13,341 bases of DNA from Candidatus Methylomirabilia bacterium (GTDB lineage Bacteria; Methylomirabilota; Methylomirabilia; Rokubacteriales; CSP1-6): positions 1 through 13,341 of the forward strand of contig JBGQHJ010000130.1 in the NCBI GenBank assembly GCA_041497895.1, in the 5' to 3' direction. Below the pieces are notes generated by a model. It was not told the origin of the DNA and searched no databases. It saw only the letters and a list, made by a program, of their open reading frames with translations. This document shows positions 1 through 6,647 of this stretch, in pieces (the first letter of the stretch is position 1; each line of letters starts with the position of its first letter). The position numbers and the translations under genes were made by a program.

Positions 1-737
1 ATTGGCACGGCAACGAGGTCTACCCGGCCGCCTACCCCGGCGCCGAGATCATCACGAACCAGCTCACCCGCGAGGCGATGGTGCGCAAGGGCCTCAAGCG
101 CATCCAGGACCACGTGCGGCAGGTCCCCGCGGAGGTGGCCCGACTCCGCGCCGAGCTGGCCGCGGCCGGCACCCCGGAGCAGCGGGCCAGGCTCCAGGCC
201 GATCTCCGCCTCGCCGAGTCGTACCTGGCCGAGGTGCGGGCGCTCAAGCCCGCGCTGCCCACGATGGCGTTCGAGCGGACCATGAAGCTCTACCGCCGCG
301 ACCGGGAGATCCACCTGCTCTACCTGGGGCGCGCCCACACCGAGGGCGACGTCTTCGTCTACCTGCCGAAGGAGCGCACCGTCGTCACCGGTGACGCGGT
401 CATCGGATGGACCCCGTACATGGGCGACGGCTACCCGGAGGACTGGGTCACCACCATCGACCGGCTGGCCGAGCTCGACTTCGACACGATCGTCATGGGC
501 CACGGCAACCCCGCGGGCCGGGATTGGCTCCGCACCTTTCGGGGCTACATCCACGACATGGTCGAGGCGGTGCGCGAGGAGGTCGCGACCGGCGCCAGCC
601 TGGACGAGGTCAAGCAGCGCGTGCCCGCGCGCCTGGCTCCGACCTACGAGAAGGCCTTCGCGACCTACGAGCATTACCGCCCCTGGCGCACCGGGCTCCT
701 CGCCAACATCGAGCGGACCTACGCGATGGTGAGCTGA
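1..737 (+). CDS. Metallo-beta-lactamase-fold metallohydrolase (5'-truncated by window edge)
   Basis: The frame of ORF 78..737 is open back to the window start (pos 3: WHGNEVYPAAYPGAEIITNQLTREAM; 'at' at 1-2 fits the end of a His codon, i.e. the tail of HxHxDH-x-x-GN). Later MBL motifs are present: GRAHTEGD, VVTGDAV, IVMGHG. TGA at 735-737. Confidence 0.85.
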   Translation, partial: WHGNEVYPAAYPGAEIITNQLTREAMVRKGLKRIQDHVRQVPAEVARLRAELAAAGTPEQRARLQADLRLAESYLAEVRALKPALPTMAFERTMKLYRRDREIHLLYLGRAHTEGDVFVYLPKERTVVTGDAVIGWTPYMGDGYPEDWVTTIDRLAELDFDTIVMGHGNPAGRDWLRTFRGYIHDMVEAVREEVATGASLDEVKQRVPARLAPTYEKAFATYEHYRPWRTGLLANIERTYAMVS

Positions 738-742
738 GTCGG

Positions 743-1942
743 ATGGCGGAGGCCGACCTCTTCAACCCGCTCTCGCCCGCCTTCCACGCCGATCCCTACC
801 CGTTCTACCGGCATCTCCGCGAGACGGATCCCGTCCACCTGAGCGCGCTCGGCCTCTGGATCCTCACCCGGTACGAGGACTGCGTCACGTCGCTGCGGGA
901 TCCGCGCTTCGGCCGCGACGGCTTCGAGGCCATCCTGTCGGCCCAGTACGGCGAGGAGTCGGAGACCGGCCGTCTCCCCCGCTCCATGCTCTTCCGCGAC
1001 CCGCCCGACCATACCCGCCTCCGCGCGCTCGTCAACCGGGCGTTCACCCCGCGGGTGATCGAGGGCATGCGCGGCCAGATCCAGGGCGTGGTGGACGGCC
1101 TGCTCGATCGGGTGCAGGCCTCGGGGCGGATGGACGTGATCGCCGATCTCGCCTATCCCCTTCCGGTGACCGTCATCTGCGACATGCTCGGGGTACCGGT
1201 CGGCGACCACGAGCAGATCAAGGAGTGGTCGTCGGACATCATCCGGAGCCTCGACGCGATCGGTATCCCGTCCGACCCGTCGATCGTCGAGCGCGGACGC
1301 ATCGGCCGACGCGGCATCGCGGACTACTTCCGCGCGCTGCTTCCCGAGCGCCGCCGCCATCCGCGCGCGGACCTGCTATCCGCGCTCATCGCGGTCGAGG
1401 AGCAGGGCGACCGGCTCACCGAGGGCGAGCTGCTCGCCACCTGCGTCCTGCTCTTCATCGCGGGCCACGAGACCACCGTGAACCTGATCGGCAACGGCCT
1501 CCTCAGCCTGCTCCGGCATCCCGTCGAGGTCGAACGCCTCCGCCGGGAGCCCGGGCTCATCGGCAGCGCGGTGGAGGAGCTGCTGCGCTACGACAGCCCG
1601 GTGCAGCGGACCGCCCGCATCACGAACGCGGAGGTCGAGGTGGGCGGCAAGACGATTCCGAAAGGCGCCTTCGTGGTCACCGCGATCGGCGCGGCCAACC
1701 GGGATCCCGCGCACTTTCCGGACCCCGACCGGCTCGACGTCGCCCGCGTCGACAACCGCCACATCGCGTTCGGCTTCGGCATCCACTTCTGCCTGGGGGC
1801 TCCGCTCGCCCGCGTGGAGGGACAGCTCGCGCTCGGCACGCTGCTGCGGCGCATGCCACGGCTGCGGCTCGCTGGCGAGCCGCTCGAGTGGCGGGAGTCG
1901 TCGACGCTGCGGGGCCTCAAGGCCCTGCCCGTCGAGTTCTAG
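743..1942 (+). CDS. Cytochrome P450 (bacterial soluble, CYP107-like), 399 aa
   Basis: ATG at 743, 5 nt after the upstream stop (MAEADLFNPLSPAFHADPYPFY). Motifs: DPPDHTRLR, I-helix AGHETT, K-helix EELLR (ExxR), heme-binding FGFGIHFCLG (Cys codon 1790-1792). TAG at 1940-1942. Confidence 0.96.
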   Translation: MAEADLFNPLSPAFHADPYPFYRHLRETDPVHLSALGLWILTRYEDCVTSLRDPRFGRDGFEAILSAQYGEESETGRLPRSMLFRDPPDHTRLRALVNRAFTPRVIEGMRGQIQGVVDGLLDRVQASGRMDVIADLAYPLPVTVICDMLGVPVGDHEQIKEWSSDIIRSLDAIGIPSDPSIVERGRIGRRGIADYFRALLPERRRHPRADLLSALIAVEEQGDRLTEGELLATCVLLFIAGHETTVNLIGNGLLSLLRHPVEVERLRREPGLIGSAVEELLRYDSPVQRTARITNAEVEVGGKTIPKGAFVVTAIGAANRDPAHFPDPDRLDVARVDNRHIAFGFGIHFCLGAPLARVEGQLALGTLLRRMPRLRLAGEPLEWRESSTLRGLKALPVEF

Positions 1943-1944
1943 CC

Positions 1945-1977
1945 CCCGCCCTCTCCCCCGGAGGGCGAGAGGGCGGG
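1945..1977. repeat. GC-rich inverted repeat between convergent genes (possible terminator or REP-like element)
   Basis: CCCGCCCTCTC (1945-1955) and GAGAGGGCGGG (1967-1977) are perfect 11-bp inverted arms. An inner CCC/GGG pairing closes a GGA loop. There is no U-tract on either side. Confidence 0.65.
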
Positions 1978-1996
1978 ATGGCCCCAGAGCGAGGGG

Positions 1997-2134
1997 CTAC
2001 CTCAGCGCGTCGACGCCGGCCTTCGCCACCTGCCCGTCCTGCGGAGCGGTGCCGCCCGACACGCCGAAGGAGCCGATGATCTTGCCGCCGGCCATGAGCG
2101 GGATGCCGCCCTCGATCGGGGTCGCGCCGATGAG
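1997..2134 (-). pseudogene. 3' fragment of a GlcG/HbpS-family heme-binding protein gene
   Basis: LIGATPIEGGIPLMAGGKIIGSFGVSGGTAPQDGQVAKAGVDALR* matches the family C-terminal signature GG(I/V)P...G..IG..GVSGG....D...A..G. The N-terminal two-thirds of such a protein is absent. Confidence 0.75.
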
Positions 2135-2552
2135 CGCGTCCCTCGTGGGGCGGCTAGGCGAGGGGCGGTTCGACGGCCACGCGCCGAGCGCGGGCTCGCG
2201 TGGCGGGGTACGGACCGGGCCGGGCGCCCCGAGCACCTCGCGGACCTTCTCGTGCAGGCGCGACCCGGTGAAGGGCTTGGCCAGGATGGCCGAGCCCGGC
2301 TCGAGGCCCCGGTCCTCGCCCGACGAACCGTAGTGAGCCGGCACCACGACGAACCCGGACATGAAGAGGATCCGGATCTCGGGACGGCGCCGCTCGACCT
2401 GCTCCGACAGGACGTAGCCGCTGGTTCCCGGCATGACCACGCCGGTGATCAGGAGATCGATCGGGCCGGGATGCGCGTCCAGGACCCGCAGGGTCTCCTC
2501 GGGGCGAGCGGGCGATCTTCTCGTCGTCATCGACCACCAGGAGTGTCGGCAT
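2135..2552 (-). pseudogene. Decayed stand-alone response regulator receiver (CheY-like) gene
   Basis: ATG 2552 frame gives beta1 MPTLLVVDDDEKIAR. A second frame from about 2503 gives PEETLRVLDAHPGPIDLLITGVVMPGTSG...RPEIRILFMSG...ILAKPFT...LHEKVREVL. About 18-20 codons (alpha1-beta2) are missing at the frame switch, and the phosphoacceptor position is Gly (GGC at 2443-2441). The 3' boundary is approximate. Confidence 0.78.
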
Positions 2553-2599
2553 GGCTCCACGCGATCGCGCCCGCGACGCGGATCACTGCGCAATCAGAT

Positions 2600-2615
2600 T
2601 GCAATGCCGGTGCCA
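2600..2615 (-). promoter_or_regulatory. Sigma54 (RpoN) -24/-12 promoter
   Basis: The minus strand reads TGGCAC-CGGCA-TTGCA, matching TGGCAC-N5-TTGCW with exact GG-N10-GC spacing. It lies in an intergenic gap about 48 nt upstream of the receiver-gene ATG (2552), in the correct orientation. Confidence 0.8.
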
Positions 2616-2656
2616 CGGAAATACATCGCGTGCCCACCTACGTACGGCCCGCCGCT

Positions 2657-2690
2657 CGGGCCTGCTCGGCAAACCCTGCCGAGCAGCCCG
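2657..2690. repeat. Inverted repeat downstream of mgtE (terminator-like hairpin or activator binding site)
   Basis: CTGCTCGGCA (2662-2671) and TGCCGAGCAG (2677-2686) form perfect 10-bp arms around a 5-nt spacer. They extend by CGGG/CCCG with one bulge. Confidence 0.6.
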
Positions 2691-2727
2691 GCGTAACGCG
2701 CATCTCCGGCGTGCCGGGGCGCGGACG

Positions 2728-4089
2728 CTAGAGCAGCGTGCCTCGCAGCACCAGGTACGCCACCGAGAAGTAGATGACAAGGCCCGTCACGTCGACCAGG
2801 GTGGCCACGAACGGCGCCGAGGCGCTCGCGGGATCGAAGCCCACCCGGCGGAGGACGAACGGCAGCATCGATCCGGCGAGCGAGCCGAACATCACCACGC
2901 CCACCAGGGCCGCGCCCACCGTCAGCGCGACCAGGGACCAGTGCGGGCCGTAGTCGTAGAAGCCGAGGAGCTGCCAGGCCGAGATCCGCACCATGCCGAT
3001 GAACCCCAGGATGCTGCCGAGGGCCAGGCCCGCGGGCAGCTCCCGCACCGCGATCCACCACCAATCCCGCACCGCGACCTCCCGCAGCGCCAGCGCCCGG
3101 ATGATCAGCGAGGTGGCCTGCGAGCCGGAGTTGCCGCCCGAGCTCATGACGAGCGGGATGAACAGGGTGAGCACGATCGCGCGGCTCAGCTCGCCCTCGA
3201 AGTACTGCATCGCGGTGGCGGTGAGCATCTCGCTCAGGAAGAGGGCGCAGAGCCAGCCCGCCCGCTTCCGGATCATGGTCCCGAACCCGATCCGGGTGTA
3301 CGGCTCGTCGAGGGCCTCGACCCCGCCCAGCTTGTGCAGGTCTTCGGTCTGCTCCTTCACCATCGCGTCGATCATGTCGTCGACGGTCACGATGCCGAGG
3401 AGGTGGCCGCCCTCGTCGATCACCGGCACCGCCAGCAGGTCGTACTTGGCGATCAGGCGCGCCGCCTCCTCCCGGTCGGTCCAGGGGCCGACCGTCACCG
3501 GCGGGCGCCGCTCGCCCACCTCGAGCAGGGTGCGCGTGGGATCGGCCAGCACCAGCTCGCGGAGCGTCACCACGTGCACGAGGCGGCGGTCCACCGGATC
3601 GAGCACGTACACCGCGTAGACCGGGCGGCGCGGGTCCCCGGCGCTGCGGATCTGGGTGAGGACGCGCTCGACCGTCCAGGTGGCGGGCGCCTCCAAGTGC
3701 TCGGTGGTCATGATGCCGCCCGCGGTGGTCGGGGAGTAGCTCAGGAGCGAGCGGAGCGAGGCGCGGGTGCCACTGTCGATCGCGGGGATGAGCCGCGCCC
3801 GGGCACGGTCGGAGAGGCCGCGGAAGACCTCCGCCCGCTGATCGGCCGACATCGCGGTCATCAGGGCCACCGCCTTGTCGGTCGGCAGATGCTCGAAGAG
3901 GTGGGCCCGGTGATCGAGCTCGGGCTGGTTGACCGCGCGCACCGCCAGGTCGAACGGGAGCGCGGCCAGCACCCGCGCGGCGGCCGCGTGGTCGATGGCG
4001 TTCAGCGCCTCTGCGACGTCGGCGTCGTGCGCGGTCTCCAGGGTCTGCGCGACCTGCCTGGCCTCGTGCTGCTGCGCCTCACGCTCCAT
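2728..4089 (-). CDS. mgtE: Magnesium transporter MgtE, 453 aa
   Basis: Helical N-domain, then a CBS pair (TAGGIMTTE...YAVYVLD...KYDLLAVPVID...LLGIVTVDD). The TM domain has RAGWLCALF, SSGGNSGSQA, FDPASASAPFVATLVDVTG (conserved pore Asp). A GGGGAGAG SD-like sequence lies upstream of the ATG. Confidence 0.96.
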   Translation of the reverse strand: MEREAQQHEARQVAQTLETAHDADVAEALNAIDHAAAARVLAALPFDLAVRAVNQPELDHRAHLFEHLPTDKAVALMTAMSADQRAEVFRGLSDRARARLIPAIDSGTRASLRSLLSYSPTTAGGIMTTEHLEAPATWTVERVLTQIRSAGDPRRPVYAVYVLDPVDRRLVHVVTLRELVLADPTRTLLEVGERRPPVTVGPWTDREEAARLIAKYDLLAVPVIDEGGHLLGIVTVDDMIDAMVKEQTEDLHKLGGVEALDEPYTRIGFGTMIRKRAGWLCALFLSEMLTATAMQYFEGELSRAIVLTLFIPLVMSSGGNSGSQATSLIIRALALREVAVRDWWWIAVRELPAGLALGSILGFIGMVRISAWQLLGFYDYGPHWSLVALTVGAALVGVVMFGSLAGSMLPFVLRRVGFDPASASAPFVATLVDVTGLVIYFSVAYLVLRGTLL

Positions 4090-4699
4090 GTCGTCTCTCC
4101 CCCGGGGATCCCGGCTCCCGCGGCACCGCCGCGAACCGACGCATGGTTCCCTCGGCGCGGCGCCCGTCGTCCTCGATACGGAAGCCGCTCGCCTCGACCG
4201 CGCGCTCGGTGTCGCGGTTGGGATGGCATCCGCCGCTCACCCACGTCCAGGCCGGCTGCAGCCAGTCTTGGAGTCGGGCCTTCCAGGCCTCGGTCGCGCG
4301 CACGTGCTCGAGCATGCGGAGGCGCCCGCGCGGCGCCAGCACCCGCCGGACCTCGAGGAGACCCCGCCGGGCGTCCGGCACGCTGCAGAAGGCGAGGCCG
4401 CTCAGCACCGTGTCGAAGACGGCGGCGCGGAACGGCAGGTCCTCGGCGCTCGCGACCACCAGCGGCACGCCGGGCGCGCGGCGTCGAGCCCGCCGCAGGG
4501 AGTGCCAGGACGGATCGAGCCCGATCGCGACCGTGCCGGGTGGCAGGAGCGGGAGGTTGCGGCCGGTGCCGCAGCCCAGATCGAGCACCCGCCCCCGCGC
4601 CTGCCCGACGAGCCACCCTCGCCAGCGCTCGAGCCCGAAGGCCTCGCACGCCGCGCAGACGGCGTCGTACAGCCACGGGATCTGCTCCACGCCTCGCAT
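4079..4699 (-). CDS. Class I SAM-dependent methyltransferase (type 11, PmtA/METTL7-like), 206 aa
   Basis: This is the C-terminal part of the 4079..6661 ORF, starting MRGVEQIPWLYD. Motifs: VLDLGCGTG (motif I), AEDLPF...FDTVLSGLAFCSVPD, EVRRVLAPRG, LEHV, GGCHPNRDT. The stop overlaps the mgtE start by 11 nt. Confidence 0.88.
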   Translation of the reverse strand: MRGVEQIPWLYDAVCAACEAFGLERWRGWLVGQARGRVLDLGCGTGRNLPLLPPGTVAIGLDPSWHSLRRARRRAPGVPLVVASAEDLPFRAAVFDTVLSGLAFCSVPDARRGLLEVRRVLAPRGRLRMLEHVRATEAWKARLQDWLQPAWTWVSGGCHPNRDTERAVEASGFRIEDDGRRAEGTMRRFAAVPREPGSPGERRHGA

Positions 4700-4816
4700 G
4701 ACGGCGGCCCATTGTCGCACGGGCCTCCCGCCGCCGGGCTGGCCTCGAAGCGCGGAAAGCCGTAGATTGCTGGTGCCGCGGGTCCCGGACGAGGATGCCG
4801 CGGCCGGGAGAGGCCC

Positions 4817-5578
4817 ATGGCCATTCGGATGGAGCGCAGCGACATGGTGGCGACGATCGTGATCGACCGGCCGGAAGCGCGCAACGCGGTGGACGGCCCC
4901 GCGGCCCGCGCGCTGGTCGACGCGCTCCGGCAGTTCGAGGCCGACGACTCGCTGCGGGTGGCGGTGCTCTGGGGCGCGGGCGGCGTCTTCTGCGCCGGCG
5001 CGGATCTCAAGGCGCGGGGTACCGAACGCGGGCTCACCCTGTCCGCCGAGGGCGACGGGCCGATGGGCCCGACGCGGATGGCCTTCAGCAAGCCCACGAT
5101 CGCCGCGGTCGAGGGCTACGCGGTGGCGGGCGGGCTCGAGCTGTCGCTCATGTGCGACCTGCGCGTCGCGGGCGACACCGCGGTCTTCGGGGTGTTCTGC
5201 CGGCGCTGGGGCGTGCCGCTGATCGACGGGGGCACCGTCCGGCTGCCACAGCTCATCGGCCTCTCCCGAGCCCTCGACCTGATCCTCACCGGCCGTCCGG
5301 TCGACGCGCACGAGGCGCTCGCGTTCGGGCTGGCCAATCGCGTGGTGCCGGCCGGGCGGGCCCGCGAGGAGGCGGAGGCGCTCGCCCGATCCATCGCCTC
5401 GTTCCCGCCCCGGTGCGTACGGAGCGATCGCCGCTCGGCCTGGGAGGGCGTGGGCCAGCCCCTGCGCGCGGCGATGGCCAACGAGTTCGCCCTCGGCAAG
5501 GCGACCACGGATACCGGCGAGAGCCAGGCGGGCGCCCAGCGCTTCGCGGCCGGCGCGGGCCGACACGGGCAGTTCTGA
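4817..5578 (+). CDS. Crotonase/enoyl-CoA hydratase family protein, 253 aa
   Basis: Motifs: RPEARNAVD, FCAGADLK, KPTIAAVEGYAVAGGLELSLMCDLRVA, ILTGRPVDAHEA...GLANRVVP. A GGGAGAGG SD lies upstream. Confidence 0.93.
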   Translation: MAIRMERSDMVATIVIDRPEARNAVDGPAARALVDALRQFEADDSLRVAVLWGAGGVFCAGADLKARGTERGLTLSAEGDGPMGPTRMAFSKPTIAAVEGYAVAGGLELSLMCDLRVAGDTAVFGVFCRRWGVPLIDGGTVRLPQLIGLSRALDLILTGRPVDAHEALAFGLANRVVPAGRAREEAEALARSIASFPPRCVRSDRRSAWEGVGQPLRAAMANEFALGKATTDTGESQAGAQRFAAGAGRHGQF

Positions 5579-5608
5579 CCCCCTAACCCGTTGTCCAAGG
5601 AGATCGCA

Positions 5609-6634
5609 GTGCCTGACAAGACCCCCCCAACGAGGACTCCGAAGGTCTACGTGATCCAGGGCCGTGGCCAGCGCGACTACGCCGATTGCCAGGCCGCGCT
5701 CGACCGCGTGCCCGCGCGCATGGAGTCCGTGCCGTTCATCGGCGACGCGGCGGAGGTGATCGAGCGCACCCGGGACGCGGACGCCCTCATCGTGTCCTTC
5801 TCCCCGGTCACCCGTCGGGTCATGGAGTCGCTCGAGGGTCTCAAGGTGGTGGTGCGCACCGGCGTGGGCTACGACGTCATCGACGTGCCCGCCGCCACCG
5901 AGCTCGGCGTCGTCGTGGTCAACGTGCCCGACATCTGGGTCCGCGAGGTGGCCAACCACGCCCTCGCCCTGCTGCTCGCCTGGAACCGCAAGATCGTCGT
6001 TCTCGATCGCGAGATCCGCGCCGGGGTATGGAGCGGGCGGGTGCCCGGCGCGGTCACCGGCTCGCTCCACGGCGAGACGGTGGGCATCGTGGGCCTGGGC
6101 AACATCGGAAGCGCCTTCGCCCGCCGCGTCGCGGCGCTCGAGACGCACGTCATCGCCTGCGACCCCTACGTCGACGACGCGCGCTTCAAGACGCTCGGGG
6201 TGGAGCGCGCCGACCTCGCCACGGTGGCCGCCCGATCCGACTACGTCTCGGTCCACACCCTCCTCAACGCCGAGACCCGCGGCCTGATCGACGAGGCCTT
6301 CCTCCGGCGCATGAAGCCCACCGCGTGTCTGATCAATACCTCGCGCGGGCCGGTCGTCCACGAGGCCGCCCTCGCGCGCGCGCTCGAGCAGGGGTGGCTC
6401 GCCGGCGCGGCGCTCGACGTGTTCGAGGAGGAGCCGCTCGGCCCCGACAGCCCGCTGCGGCGGCTCGACAACGTGATCCTCACCCCGCACGCGGCCTACT
6501 TCTCCTCGCCCGCGGTGGCCCAGGTGCCGCGCCGCTGCGGCGAGGAGGTCGCCCGGGTCCTGACCAAGGAGCGGCCGCTCCACGTGGTGAACCCCGAGGT
6601 CTACGCCCCCGGCCATCGCCGCCGCGGGCCCTGA
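5609..6634 (+). CDS. D-isomer-specific 2-hydroxyacid dehydrogenase (CtBP-like subfamily), 341 aa
   Basis: GTG 5609 lies 6 nt after AAGGAG (5597-5602), so it is preferred over TTG 5591. Motifs: RTGVGYDVID, NVPD..REVANHA, Rossmann GIVGLGNIG, catalytic INTSRG / DVFEEEP / TPHAAYFS. Confidence 0.92.
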   Translation: MPDKTPPTRTPKVYVIQGRGQRDYADCQAALDRVPARMESVPFIGDAAEVIERTRDADALIVSFSPVTRRVMESLEGLKVVVRTGVGYDVIDVPAATELGVVVVNVPDIWVREVANHALALLLAWNRKIVVLDREIRAGVWSGRVPGAVTGSLHGETVGIVGLGNIGSAFARRVAALETHVIACDPYVDDARFKTLGVERADLATVAARSDYVSVHTLLNAETRGLIDEAFLRRMKPTACLINTSRGPVVHEAALARALEQGWLAGAALDVFEEEPLGPDSPLRRLDNVILTPHAAYFSSPAVAQVPRRCGEEVARVLTKERPLHVVNPEVYAPGHRRRGP

Positions 6635-6647
6635 GCGGGAGCGCGCG

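Noticed and set aside
407..742. 112-aa N-terminal extension of the P450 ORF (407..1942)
   Set aside because: It overlaps the MBL gene in another frame and is Arg/Gly/Pro-rich shadow sequence. P450 similarity begins at ATG 743.
1997..2593. 198-aa ORF as an intact functional response regulator
   Set aside because: Its N-terminus lacks the beta1 acidic pocket, which is in another frame. Its start codon lies within the predicted promoter/start-site region, and the phosphoacceptor is Gly.
2551..4701. 716-aa plus-strand ORF
   Set aside because: It is an antisense shadow of mgtE and the methyltransferase with no domain features.
4700..4816. Divergent promoter candidates (TAGATT at 4763-4768 on +; TGnGACAAT at 4719-4711 on -)
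   Set aside because: These are plausible -10 boxes but have no matching -35 elements, so they are too weak to call.
5591..5608. TTG start for the dehydrogenase
   Set aside because: A strong AAGGAG lies downstream of this TTG and is correctly spaced for GTG 5609.
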